Below are positions 17,221 to 27,125 of a stretch of DNA of 57,587 nucleotides, in pieces (within the stretch, counting starts at the first letter, position 1; each line of letters opens with the position of its first letter). This DNA is from a virus. The notes under the pieces were generated by a model. The model ran no database searches. It had not been told where the DNA came from and saw only the letters and a list, made by a program, of their open reading frames with translations. The DNA is taken from the UHGV virus genome UHGV-0383221, one strand, 5' to 3'. The translations under genes were made by a program, and so were the position numbers.

Positions 17221-19550
17221 GTCGTACCTCCATTTCTTATTGTATCTATCTGTGCCATGATATCCGCGATCACCGCCTTAGTATCCTGCACATACTCCAC
17301 TGCCACGTCTGGTTCCGGCCCTCCTGCGGTAATGGTCACATGCGTAGTGCCGGTGTAGGTGGTAAGGGCGTTTAGGGCGGATTGGGTCGCGGCGGGGAGG
17401 GGTGTCCAGGTGGGGGTATCCAGCTGATAAACCAAGGTGATTGGGTGTTCCTGTAACCATGTCTTAAATTCTTCAAGCGGACGACCATGCAGATATACCT
17501 GTATATAGTCATTAGCAATGGTAAAACCACGGACGTTTTTAAACGTTGCCCCAGCTTCCATTAGGGGGAAATGGCTGCATAATGCAGTTTGGTGTATGAG
17601 ATCTGCCGTTCTTCCACTTACCTTACAGTTATATCTTTTCTTGGTCGCATCATTTGTATTCGTCTCGTTCCATTTTTCATCGGTGCTGCCGTCAAATGTA
17701 ATGGTGGGACAATATCGTTCGATCCCCCACTCGCCGTCCTTACACATGATCCTGTCCCTGTATTCCCCGATACCATATAGTGGGGCTGTCAGGGGGATGG
17801 TTGCGGTACAGGACTGGTAGGGCTGCCAGGGGAGGGCTGTGCTGCCAGCATTAACCATTACCTTCTGAGTACCAGCAACTATAGATTCATCAGCACGACC
17901 ATAATACCCAGTTTGGATATATAGGGTATCCATATCTGCTTCTGTCGGAAGCGACTTGGTAACGCTGGTTACATTTAATAGCAGCAGTCGCATGACTACT
18001 CCGTTTTTATCCCAAAACTCATAGAAAAAATATGGGTATGTCGCAATGTTAGCAGCTGCAGTAAATACCCTTTCGTCCCCAATCAATGCCATTGTATCCT
18101 CATGAGTTACCGTGACTGGCGTATAAAGCGTACCTGTCATAGCTCCTGTGCCGGATATTGTTATACTCCCATCGCCATTATTGGTTACTGTAGCACCACC
18201 AGTGCTTTTGTTAGGTATCCTGCTGGCATCAAACAACTGCACCCCCGTTGTAACCGTCCCTGTGCTGATAATCGGCTGGGGATAATCTGGGCTGGGGGAG
18301 GGCTGACCGCCGGTGTAAGGTTCCCAAGTCCCATCACCATCCTGATACAGCATTGGATAATAAGTTCCGGGCGTTACATTGCTGATCGCACCATAAAACA
18401 TATACTGTAGATACACGCCTTCTGTGCTCAGCATTTCTTCCGTTATTGTTCTTGTTTGATCTGCAGTAAGTTCAAATAATATTGTTGACGAACTATCCAT
18501 TAACCTAACCGAAAATTTAGGGACACTGCTTTCGCTTTTCAGCATAATGTTTCCAGCTTTTAACATGGTTAAATCTGTTATTTTCACTGTTTTATAAAAT
18601 GTCCCTGAATTTCCCGAACCAGAAATCTTATATCCTCCGTCTGCTGTGCCCTCAACTGTTACTCCTCCAGCTGTTAACGCCGGTATCAGGCTTGCATCAA
18701 ACAACTGCGCCCCCGTTGTGGTAAACTGATCACTCTTTCCCGCAACCTCCATGTCGGCCACCGGCGCCTCCCACGCATCCCCCACTGTAACCCGCCCAGT
18801 GCCAGACGCGGAGCCGATCAGGGCATTGGCGTACTTAAGATCAGTCTCGCGCTTGTTATAGCCCACAAATGTCTCTTTTTGGCTCTCCACGTAGTCCTTA
18901 TTCTCTGCCAGGGCCTGTGCTGATGCATCCGCAGACTGTGCCGCTGCCGTGGCTGATCCCGCAGCCGCAGTCTTGCTGGCCTGGGCATCATTGGCATATC
19001 CCTGGGCAGTGGATACCTTACCCTCCATCTGCGCTACGAATTGCTCATACCAGGACGGGTCCGGTTCCGGTATACCCCCGCCTATCTCCAGGCCGTCATG
19101 GATGGTGTAAGTTGCCGGCAGGGTTTTCCATATGGTTCTATCTCCCACGCTGTCCGTCCCGGTTGCATAGATCATCATCTGGATTGATCCGGGCTCCTGC
19201 GTTGCCTGTCCGGGTATCTTCCAACACATCCTGACGTAATTCGCTGACCAGGATACATTACAGGGGACGCCGTCACTGCCACCATAGACTGTCTGGTAGT
19301 GGATGTACAGATTTTGCTTGGTCAAATCCATGGCATCATCATACCGCGGCAGCTGGAAGCCCACAAACTGGGCGTTCTGCTCACCCCGGACTGATACCTG
19401 GTCATTAAAGTCTGCAATACGCTTGTTGGTGACCGGGACATACTCCGGCTCCGCGTACATGGTGTAGGATGGATAGTTATTATCTTTGGTCCATGTCTCA
19501 TCCTCGGCTGCATAAGCCTGTCTTGTAAGGATCTCGTCTACTGTTGCCAT
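17217..19550 (-). CDS. large tail fibre / receptor-binding-type structural protein (777 aa)
   Basis: Long Thr/Gly/Ser-rich beta-type sequence between holin and lysin. No enzymatic motif. Confidence 0.45.
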   Translation of the reverse strand: MATVDEILTRQAYAAEDETWTKDNNYPSYTMYAEPEYVPVTNKRIADFNDQVSVRGEQNAQFVGFQLPRYDDAMDLTKQNLYIHYQTVYGGSDGVPCNVSWSANYVRMCWKIPGQATQEPGSIQMMIYATGTDSVGDRTIWKTLPATYTIHDGLEIGGGIPEPDPSWYEQFVAQMEGKVSTAQGYANDAQASKTAAAGSATAAAQSADASAQALAENKDYVESQKETFVGYNKRETDLKYANALIGSASGTGRVTVGDAWEAPVADMEVAGKSDQFTTTGAQLFDASLIPALTAGGVTVEGTADGGYKISGSGNSGTFYKTVKITDLTMLKAGNIMLKSESSVPKFSVRLMDSSSTILFELTADQTRTITEEMLSTEGVYLQYMFYGAISNVTPGTYYPMLYQDGDGTWEPYTGGQPSPSPDYPQPIISTGTVTTGVQLFDASRIPNKSTGGATVTNNGDGSITISGTGAMTGTLYTPVTVTHEDTMALIGDERVFTAAANIATYPYFFYEFWDKNGVVMRLLLLNVTSVTKSLPTEADMDTLYIQTGYYGRADESIVAGTQKVMVNAGSTALPWQPYQSCTATIPLTAPLYGIGEYRDRIMCKDGEWGIERYCPTITFDGSTDEKWNETNTNDATKKRYNCKVSGRTADLIHQTALCSHFPLMEAGATFKNVRGFTIANDYIQVYLHGRPLEEFKTWLQEHPITLVYQLDTPTWTPLPAATQSALNALTTYTGTTHVTITAGGPEPDVAVEYVQDTKAVIADIMAQIDTIRNGGTT

Positions 19551-19903
19551 GCCTGTCCACTCCCCCTTTCTTGTTTGATGGTGATCAGATTGGTGGTAAT
19601 CCGCTGCCCGTTCTCACGCTGACCGACTACCCCGATTTTAAATTGATCACAGGGCGTTATCTCATCAGGTACAATGCAGACCCCGTCCCTGATCAGTCTG
19701 CCAACCTCCGGGGATTGCAGATACGGGTAAAAAGCTGCCACCCGGACCGTGTCGTCCCAATCCCTATCAAACTCAAACGCTACCTGCAGGTAACCGGATG
19801 TGCCCGCAATTATGTTGCTAAAATCACAGCCAGGAGCCCTCGTCAACTCCTGGCCGGATACTCTAAATCTTAGTGTCCTCATGCTGTACCACCTTTCTGG
19901 CAC
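19538..19903 (-). CDS. hypothetical structural-module protein (121 aa)
   Basis: Intact ORF overlapping the start of the fibre gene. Confidence 0.4.
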   Translation of the reverse strand: MPERWYSMRTLRFRVSGQELTRAPGCDFSNIIAGTSGYLQVAFEFDRDWDDTVRVAAFYPYLQSPEVGRLIRDGVCIVPDEITPCDQFKIGVVGQRENGQRITTNLITIKQERGSGQAWQQ

Positions 19904-20107
19904 CTATTCCTCGCTGTCATCCACACCATTATTATTGCGGTCACTGGGGCCGCCTTTGCCGCTCTGGTGGTTGCCTGGATGCGGCACATCAGATGGATGA
20001 TCATACATGTAAGGCGTGGGCTGCTTAGGGGCCAGATCCGGTCCCTCATCCACATAACCACCGTTTCCTGGGATCTGCGCTGCATGTTTGTCTGTCACTG
20101 TTGCCAT
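19904..20107 (-). CDS. Pro/Gly-rich small protein (67 aa)
   Basis: Small ORF immediately downstream of the holin. Several alternative-frame ORFs here look spurious. Confidence 0.3.
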   Translation of the reverse strand: MATVTDKHAAQIPGNGGYVDEGPDLAPKQPTPYMYDHPSDVPHPGNHQSGKGGPSDRNNNGVDDSEE

Positions 20108-20211
20108 AAATTGTACCTCTCTTTCTTATTTCCATATTTAGTATTCGTTGCGATATCGCAAAAGCACCGGCTCTGATCCTGCCGGCCGGAAGATGTCTGG
20201 ACCACCTCCTC

Positions 20212-20424
20212 TCAGGCGTCAGTCTTGGTGTCAAGCTCCGGTAGGCCGGCTATGGATGTGGCCAGGGACAGTATGCCAGCCAATACGGATGCGGATACCA
20301 CCATTCTGACATCCACCTGCCCTAATACGGTTGCTGTCCCCACTGTCGCTACAAATGTCTGAGCTACCGTCTTGACCGCCCTCCGGCCAGCTGCCCTGAA
20401 CCACCTTTTTGTGCTCTCACTCAT
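20212..20424 (-). CDS. holin (small two-transmembrane-helix protein)
   Basis: 70 aa with a charged N-terminus, two hydrophobic helices and a charged C-terminus. Sits 1 nt after XhlA. Confidence 0.6.
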   Translation of the reverse strand: MSESTKRWFRAAGRRAVKTVAQTFVATVGTATVLGQVDVRMVVSASVLAGILSLATSIAGLPELDTKTDA

Positions 20425-20425
20425 C

Positions 20426-20743
20426 TTAAAATCCTCCTTTGCTGATTAAATATAAAATACCAGCTGCCACCGCGGTTCCGATAGAGCTGGTAATCGCCGT
20501 AAAAAATGTTCTCTTGGTTGCTGACCACTGTTTTCCTGGTTCTCTTTCTAAGATATCTACTTTGTCTTTGAGCTCTGATACATTTTCGTTTGTGTGCTTG
20601 ACTTCTCCAATCAGTTCGACCATGGTCTTAGACATCGTGTGTATTTCCTCAATGACAGGTTTCAAGTCATTAATCTGATGGGTGTTACTTTTTGACCGTT
20701 CCTCTACTTTGGTAAGACGCTCCACAAATTCTGTTTCGATCAC
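20426..20743 (-). CDS. xhlA: XhlA-like haemolysin / lysis accessory protein
   Basis: N-terminal coiled coil plus one C-terminal transmembrane helix (FFTAITSSIGTAVAAGILYLI), matching XhlA topology. Paired with the holin. Confidence 0.55.
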   Translation of the reverse strand: MIETEFVERLTKVEERSKSNTHQINDLKPVIEEIHTMSKTMVELIGEVKHTNENVSELKDKVDILEREPGKQWSATKRTFFTAITSSIGTAVAAGILYLISKGGF

Positions 20744-20910
20744 ATAAGATACCTGCCTTTCCTATTTTTCCTTTAAAACCACCAGAATCTCGGCCTTTTC
20801 ATCTTCTGTTAGATTCCTGTACCCGTCCAAGATATCTGCCGGTTCTTCTCCCTGGCTCTTTCTAATTCGTAAAGCGCGGATGATGATTTTACGCTGTATG
20901 TTGGATAACA

Positions 20911-21213
20911 TTACATTGCACCCCCTATCATGTCAGCAAGGACCATGGTCATCTCCTGGTTTTCTGCCTGCAACTGCGCTACCTGCTGTTCCTGGGTAGG
21001 TAACCACGGTCTTGCTGTTCCATCTGGCGCATAAAATACCCCATCTACATATGTATCGCCCTCTTGACAGGGGCAATACAGGCAGTCTACCGCAAATGCA
21101 TCATCCCCATAGACACATCTGGCTACACGGTTGGCGTCCTCATAACTATAAGCTACGCCTACGGCCTTTACCTCTCCATTAAAAATCTGTGCGTATACTT
21201 CATGTGCTATCAT
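20911..21213 (-). CDS. hypothetical protein (100 aa)
   Basis: Intact ORF between the Gly-rich fibre gene and the lysis genes. Confidence 0.4.
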   Translation of the reverse strand: MIAHEVYAQIFNGEVKAVGVAYSYEDANRVARCVYGDDAFAVDCLYCPCQEGDTYVDGVFYAPDGTARPWLPTQEQQVAQLQAENQEMTMVLADMIGGAM

Positions 21214-21225
21214 TTCTAAACCTCC

Positions 21226-22488
21226 TTAATATAAGCGAATCAAGATGATACCAGAAGCGCCAGACCCTGGCATACCCTCCGCATTTGCTGACATGCTACT
21301 TCTGGCGCCTCCACCACCGCCTCCACCGCCGCCTCCAGTGTTGGCTGTTGCGGTAGTTCCGCTTTTTGCATATGACCATTCTGTTCCTTCTGAGGATGAC
21401 GAAATTGCGTAAGCTCCATCGCCGCCTCTTCCTCCACCCGTGGCACCCCCGGCTCCGGCATTTCTGGCAGAAGAGCCAGTACCTCCGCCACCCGCTCCGC
21501 CGCCTCCAGAATACGCTGTGCCAGAAGATGAACCAAACGCTCTTGTAGTGGTTCCCTGCCCTTTTCCCGGCGTAAGATTACCTCCGCCATCGCCACCGTT
21601 TGAACCACCGGATCCACCTGCGTTTTGTGCGCTGTTGGAGTGCCAATAACCACCAGAGCCTCCACCAGAGCCCCCATTCCCGCCGCTTGAATATGCAAAT
21701 CCACAGCTTTTTCCACCTGCGGCAGAATTGATCGTGGTTCCAGATCTTATAATACTGGTAGTCCCACCATCTATAGGATTTGTAGCAGAGCTTCCACCTG
21801 CACCTATTGTGCAAGCCAATACCTGCCCTGCCGATATTGCAGTCCCTGTAACGGTCTTGGTATATCCACCTCCACCACCTCCACCGCCATGTCCGGCAGT
21901 GGAAGAATCGCCATCTTCACCACGTGCTCCACCTCCACCTCCACCAACACAAAACGTATCCATCTTACTAAATCCCACAGGGATCGTGTAATTCTGCGTA
22001 GCCTTAATGGTAACTGTCTGTTCGGCGGACGTCTTGACTGTGGCATTAAGCGTATCCCCAAGCAGATCCCCCTGATTAGTGGTCACATATGGGGTGCAGC
22101 TTAGGTAATAGGTTGTATTAAGTGCCGGCATGTCCAGATATGTCTGGGACTGCCCCCCAGATGCAGTGTTACTGCCAGCCCCCTTATAAATTTGTGTTCC
22201 CCCAGTCTTACCAGGATATCCGCTGGTGCTGTAGCGGATGATCACACCACTGTATGGTTTTCCGGTCGCCGCCTTTGGATTCTGCCATTTTGCCAATATA
22301 CGGCGGCCAGAATAGGCGGCACAACTAAAAGACAGTAAACTGTTGACTGTCATACGACCATTGCCTGGCTCGTCATTACTGTCGCTTGCAATTGCTGTTT
22401 TACCTGCCAGAACATAGTCTAGGGAGGCCGTACAGTCATCACTGCCATATCCCCCGCCGCTTCCTAAACTTATTGGTGCATGTGCCAT
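21226..22488 (-). CDS. glycine-rich tail fibre-like protein (420 aa)
   Basis: Long poly-Gly / GGxGG tracts in the C-terminal two-thirds. N-terminal beta-rich domain. Confidence 0.5.
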   Translation of the reverse strand: MAHAPISLGSGGGYGSDDCTASLDYVLAGKTAIASDSNDEPGNGRMTVNSLLSFSCAAYSGRRILAKWQNPKAATGKPYSGVIIRYSTSGYPGKTGGTQIYKGAGSNTASGGQSQTYLDMPALNTTYYLSCTPYVTTNQGDLLGDTLNATVKTSAEQTVTIKATQNYTIPVGFSKMDTFCVGGGGGGARGEDGDSSTAGHGGGGGGGGYTKTVTGTAISAGQVLACTIGAGGSSATNPIDGGTTSIIRSGTTINSAAGGKSCGFAYSSGGNGGSGGGSGGYWHSNSAQNAGGSGGSNGGDGGGNLTPGKGQGTTTRAFGSSSGTAYSGGGGAGGGGTGSSARNAGAGGATGGGRGGDGAYAISSSSEGTEWSYAKSGTTATANTGGGGGGGGGGARSSMSANAEGMPGSGASGIILIRLY

Positions 22489-22932
22489 TTAAACCACTCC
22501 TTTCAAGCCCAATGTGATGTCTACTGTGGGCTTCTTTGTGCATCTCAGGGTAACTGTCCCATCCCCGGTTTCCAGGTCATATATGTAACCTACCGCCTTG
22601 TTGATTGCCATCTGCTGTGCTCTGGTACATCCTGTAGGATAGACTACACCCTGCCCTGGGATATCATTAGCTGTGATCCCGGCTACTGCAACAGTTTGTA
22701 TGTAAGGTGATGCAGTCCCCGTCCATCCAGCCGCTGTGAAAGTTACATTCTTACTGCTCTGGATGCGGTTTACCTCCTCACCAATCTGCTGCATCTGTAA
22801 GGCACTCAGGACATCTCCCTTCTGCGTATATGACGTTACATCCTCAATATATTTCTTGCCATCCGGTGCATCCGTAATGCTGTACAGTCGATGCTCTCCC
22901 TCAAATATGTCGTCCTTCCAATCAGTCTTCAA
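22489..22932 (-). CDS. tail-module hypothetical protein (147 aa)
   Basis: Intact ORF abutting its neighbours. Confidence 0.4.
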   Translation of the reverse strand: MKTDWKDDIFEGEHRLYSITDAPDGKKYIEDVTSYTQKGDVLSALQMQQIGEEVNRIQSSKNVTFTAAGWTGTASPYIQTVAVAGITANDIPGQGVVYPTGCTRAQQMAINKAVGYIYDLETGDGTVTLRCTKKPTVDITLGLKGVV

Positions 22933-23336
22933 AACCTGCTACCTCCTAATCTTATTGCCAGCCTGCGCCGCCCGTGGATCTGCCCGGTCAGGTTGTTGTA
23001 TATCAAAAGACAAGCAGATTCAATCCGGTTAAACTCCTTATAATCTGGCGTGGGCTGATTCGGATAATACGTCTGCTGCTCACCGATCACAAACGGATAT
23101 GTATGGACCGGCAGGGCAGCCAGATTGGCTTCTATGGTATTGATTTCGTCAGCATAGATATAGTCTGTATAGGCCTTGTCCGTCCCCATATCTGTCAATG
23201 TGTACGCCTTGTATACCTCCAGGGACAGTTCCCGTAGGTAAGTGATATTGTTTTTCCAACGGTTATAATCTTGTATGTTAACCTTGTCCCCCGGTTTCCA
23301 ATTGGTCTTAGGTGTCTGCCACGCCATCAGCACCAC
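22929..23336 (-). CDS. tail-module hypothetical protein (135 aa)
   Basis: Intact ORF overlapping the upstream fibre gene by about 29 nt. Confidence 0.4.
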   Translation of the reverse strand: MVLMAWQTPKTNWKPGDKVNIQDYNRWKNNITYLRELSLEVYKAYTLTDMGTDKAYTDYIYADEINTIEANLAALPVHTYPFVIGEQQTYYPNQPTPDYKEFNRIESACLLIYNNLTGQIHGRRRLAIRLGGSRF

Positions 23337-24393
23337 CTCCTATCATGTCCTCAAGCTTCTGTATCCGCTCCTCCAAGCTATCTATTTTTCGTTGCTGTGT
23401 CTGTACCATCTTAATCAATGGTGCCACAAACTCCTCATAGCGTAGGCCATACTCGTAAACCGGGTTACCGTCCTCATCCAGTACAGGACTTAACTCCCCG
23501 GTCCGCTCGTCTACCTGCTCCTTCTGGGACTTTACAAACCCGGCAAAGTCTGCTGCATCTATCCCAACCTCAGCCAGCAGTGACTCAATATCCTGTGCGA
23601 TTAGCCCCCAATGGATACGGCCGGATGTCCCATCATTGTATTTGTAAGTTACAGGCCTTGCGCCCATGATCAGCGCAGTTGCCCGCTCCTCATCCAGTTC
23701 CGCCTCATCATGTTTTTGAGACCGGTCAGAGGTTGATATGCTGGATGCCGTAGAATATATCTGTCCCCAGCGTAGTGATGATGTGCCCAGAGTAAATGCC
23801 CCGTTTGTCCCCGGATACAATGCTGATGCAGATAGGTAGGCTGTTTTGCGGTTGGCTATTGTCTGGCAGTTGGGTACCAGCGCAATGCTGTTATCCGATG
23901 TAATGTATAATGTTTCACCGGCACTTACTCCCTGGGCATTATACAGGTTCGTAGCACTCTCACCGGAGCCGACATACATGTTGCCGCCACCCTCCAAAAT
24001 GACCTCGGAACCGTAATTGTATTCATCCCCATCATCGTATACCTTGAGGACTGGACGGTTGTTTTTTCCATCATATGCTTCAAGAGTTTGGCTAAATCTT
24101 AGTCTGCTGTTAAATATGGCAATCTGAGGACTAAAAGTCGTCCCTCCGTCCGTTGAACTATAGACAGTGATCGTCCCATTCGCTTGCAGCTGCAGCCGGT
24201 ACATGTTCCCATTATCGGGATTTTCTGACTGTAGGCTTGCCCAGCCTGTGTCACCAAAAACAATCTTGTTATTTAATCCCCCAGCTATGTTGATACGCTC
24301 ATATAAATCGTCCAATCTAACTTTCATCCGGGGGATATCTGCGGATTGCCTCTGTCCCTGCCCCTCGTAACTGGCATTCGCTTCCCTCGCCAT
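23308..24393 (-). CDS. tail fibre with C-terminal peptidase-S74-type intramolecular chaperone domain
   Basis: C-terminal ...SSISTSDRSQKHD... (S-D-x-x-x-K autoproteolysis motif), followed by GLIAQDIESL and a terminal coiled coil. Confidence 0.55.
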   Translation of the reverse strand: MAREANASYEGQGQRQSADIPRMKVRLDDLYERINIAGGLNNKIVFGDTGWASLQSENPDNGNMYRLQLQANGTITVYSSTDGGTTFSPQIAIFNSRLRFSQTLEAYDGKNNRPVLKVYDDGDEYNYGSEVILEGGGNMYVGSGESATNLYNAQGVSAGETLYITSDNSIALVPNCQTIANRKTAYLSASALYPGTNGAFTLGTSSLRWGQIYSTASSISTSDRSQKHDEAELDEERATALIMGARPVTYKYNDGTSGRIHWGLIAQDIESLLAEVGIDAADFAGFVKSQKEQVDERTGELSPVLDEDGNPVYEYGLRYEEFVAPLIKMVQTQQRKIDSLEERIQKLEDMIGGGADGVADT

Positions 24394-24395
24394 CT

Positions 24396-26627
24396 CTATC
24401 CCTCCTGTCCTACGGCTTTTCTGGCCTTAATCGTGCCAGACAATGCCCCTCCATTGAAATTCAGCTTATGCTCGTACAACTGCACTTGCAGCCCATCTAC
24501 ATATCGATTCTCTAGGAATACAATATCCCCTGCATCCAGCCTCGGTTCTCCGCGGTACGCTATGTCGTACTCAATGTCATTTTTGAAATAGTTCCCCAGC
24601 CAGTCCGCCTGCAGCTGTGCCAGGTCCTCCTCGCTGATTAGCGGATTGCTCCACTCCTCCACGGTGCCGGTTGTATTGATGGCCTTGGAATATAGCTTAC
24701 TGGTCACCACATAGGCCTTGCCGTCCACCACAAACTCATGCTCCCCGGTCAGCCTTGATACGTCCACGGATGCATAATAGTTACTGCTGCCTGTGATGGC
24801 AAGTGGCTGCCCATCAGCTGTGGCCGTGATATCATAGGACGCTTCGGAAAAGTAAAATGTATATATGTCATAGTCAGTTACATCTACCGTCTCCTGGAAG
24901 ATGTTTTTGACCTCATCTGTCTCACCATAGATGCTCCGGACCACATCCACCCGGCTGACCTTTTCCTTTTGCCGCCCAACCGGCGTCTTGGTCATGACAC
25001 GGTAATCCATGTTGTAATCCGTCACATCACCAAAGACTACAGAATCCACAAAGATCCTGCTGTTGGGCCGCCCCTGGGTAAACTCAAACTCTATCGTGTC
25101 AAATTGCGGAAACTCATGCTCTATCAGGTTCTCAGGGCCAAACGGTCCCGGCACCACATAGCTTTCCTGCAATGCCCCCTCAAAGTAGGTATGTATGATC
25201 ACACCCTGGGCCGGGTTGCTGGAAAAGTTAAGGAGCAGGCTGTAATAGACCATAGCTGCCTCAAGTACGATGGTAAACTTTGGATTGCTCTGGAAGTTCC
25301 CGGCCCCATCCGCAACCTCCGCAGATGCAAACCCGGCGGCCAGATATTGACCGGATCGCGGCAGGAAGTACATGGTCCCGTCTGCTCTCCAATGATCCTG
25401 CGACATAGTGGCATACTCATACTTTGTCACGCCATTGACCACGGACGGGAGGTTGCTCCATGGTGCTGCATCCTCTGACTGCACGATCATGCGCTCCGGG
25501 GATATGACAGTCACAAAAGCTGCCTGGATGCGGATGATTCCCTTCCGGTCCTGATACAGCTTGCACCGGCCTGCATTGGCAATGATCTGCAGGCATTCCT
25601 TGTGTGTCACGCAGGGCAGCGGATTGTATACCGTGACCTTTGTCAGGTACTCATCCAGTTCATATGCCCGTTCGTCCAGTCCGGCGTCCGTCAGGACATC
25701 CAGTGCCAGATCATACAACGTGATCCCTTCCGGGCGGTACAGGCCCCGGTAATATATGTCACTTAGATCATCTATCTTATCTTTGCTGTTAAAACTCATC
25801 ATGGTATCATCTGCTTCCCAATCGGACAGATAGGTGACACAGCCGTCCATCCATACCGTCTTATCATACCGCACATCATACCCATAACGGACCGTGACCT
25901 CTTGCCCCACTTCCAGGTAATGGATGGCACTGGCTTTGTTCTCTACATCAAACATGCGGTTGTAATTCTCAATCTGCAGGCTGAAATCTACCGTGGATAA
26001 CTCCTCCGTCACCGGGCTGATGTATTCGGTTTTGGTGGATTTCATGATTTTCTTATTTTCAAAGCTGATACCTATACCCATAAGCATCTTCTGGATCCGC
26101 AGCCTCCCCTGCCCATTGACCATCTTTGTAGGCGTGATCAGCAGGTATTCCGTCCCGTCAAATATCTCATCGGTTGTCCAATAACTCAGTGTATTGCCGG
26201 TATATTCCACGGTTTTGATCCCATTGGTAATACTAAAATCCACCGGGTAATTCCGTCCCCAGTTGATGGTCAGGCCGCGGATATCATAGGCAGCCCCAAA
26301 CGTAAAGCAGATAGGCCCCAACAATCCCTTTGAGATAACACCATTGTTGTACAGGTAATCCACATCCTCAAGTCGAGGTGGAAATACCATGGATCCATCC
26401 GCCCTCCAATGATCCTGCTCCAGGGTGGCATATTCCAGTTCCACGTCATAGTTGTCCAGGAGCCGTGTAAAATTGGATAGGTAGCTGTATTCAGCACCAT
26501 GTTCTGCTGCCACGGAGGAATCCTTCTGGGCTACCTGATTGATGACACCTATGGTTACTACCATGTAGGATTGACTACGCAAATCCCGTGACATTGCCTG
26601 CTTATACTCGGATGATGCCTTTTGCAT
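24396..26627 (-). CDS. tail-associated (Tal-like) large tail protein (743 aa)
   Basis: Long beta-rich protein directly downstream of the Dit-like gene. Confidence 0.5.
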   Translation of the reverse strand: MQKASSEYKQAMSRDLRSQSYMVVTIGVINQVAQKDSSVAAEHGAEYSYLSNFTRLLDNYDVELEYATLEQDHWRADGSMVFPPRLEDVDYLYNNGVISKGLLGPICFTFGAAYDIRGLTINWGRNYPVDFSITNGIKTVEYTGNTLSYWTTDEIFDGTEYLLITPTKMVNGQGRLRIQKMLMGIGISFENKKIMKSTKTEYISPVTEELSTVDFSLQIENYNRMFDVENKASAIHYLEVGQEVTVRYGYDVRYDKTVWMDGCVTYLSDWEADDTMMSFNSKDKIDDLSDIYYRGLYRPEGITLYDLALDVLTDAGLDERAYELDEYLTKVTVYNPLPCVTHKECLQIIANAGRCKLYQDRKGIIRIQAAFVTVISPERMIVQSEDAAPWSNLPSVVNGVTKYEYATMSQDHWRADGTMYFLPRSGQYLAAGFASAEVADGAGNFQSNPKFTIVLEAAMVYYSLLLNFSSNPAQGVIIHTYFEGALQESYVVPGPFGPENLIEHEFPQFDTIEFEFTQGRPNSRIFVDSVVFGDVTDYNMDYRVMTKTPVGRQKEKVSRVDVVRSIYGETDEVKNIFQETVDVTDYDIYTFYFSEASYDITATADGQPLAITGSSNYYASVDVSRLTGEHEFVVDGKAYVVTSKLYSKAINTTGTVEEWSNPLISEEDLAQLQADWLGNYFKNDIEYDIAYRGEPRLDAGDIVFLENRYVDGLQVQLYEHKLNFNGGALSGTIKARKAVGQEG

Positions 26628-27046
26628 TACTCAATCACCCCACAGTCTATAAGGTTATATCTGCAATCAGTATATGCAATTGGCAAATGCGTTTCTTTAT
26701 CAAACCAATACGGCTTCGCGCTTCTATCTCCCGGGTACATCTTGATAGTAATCCAGCTATTGTTAACCATATCTGGAATTGTCGCAATCACAAAATGCCC
26801 TTTAGAGTCTACTCTTGTTTTTGTAAATTCTTTAAGTATAGAAGACCATGTGACAGCATCTAAATAGGGCCAAAGTAAATTGTTAAGCTTGTAATTGTCT
26901 CGTCCAACCACCTGCCCTACAACTTCACCATTTGCATTTCGTCCACTACTCACAAATGTGGATACAATGAACTCCAGACCACGTGCCGGCGCAGGAAACG
27001 GTTTTCCATTTACAGTAATTATTGATTCCAATTCAATCACCACCAA
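26627..27046 (-). CDS. distal-tail (Dit-like) small tail protein (139 aa)
   Basis: Its stop overlaps the Tal-like gene's start codon by 1 nt. Position and size fit a siphovirus distal tail component. Confidence 0.4.
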   Translation of the reverse strand: MVVIELESIITVNGKPFPAPARGLEFIVSTFVSSGRNANGEVVGQVVGRDNYKLNNLLWPYLDAVTWSSILKEFTKTRVDSKGHFVIATIPDMVNNSWITIKMYPGDRSAKPYWFDKETHLPIAYTDCRYNLIDCGVIE

Positions 27047-27125
27047 TCAAAAAAAGAGCACCAATTAACCCGTTGCGATTAACTGGTACTCTAGGTACTC
27101 TCATTATTTAAGAAGGAAGGAAAAT

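Noticed and set aside
17278-18410. Short ORFs inside the 777 aa fibre gene (17278-17460, 17518-17820, 17589-17780, 18102-18410)
   Set aside because: They are nested in or antisense to a continuous 2.3 kb coding region.
21240-22104. Cluster of ORFs in alternative frames and strands (21240-21716, 21440-21649, 21578-21814, 21728-21991, 21804-22061, 21889-22104)
   Set aside because: Artefacts of the GGN-repeat (poly-Gly) coding region of the 420 aa fibre gene. Their translations are poly-Pro, poly-Arg or poly-Trp low-complexity strings.
24969-25478. ORF 24969-25478 (+) and others inside the 743 aa tail gene
   Set aside because: Antisense to a strongly supported structural gene. No RBS.
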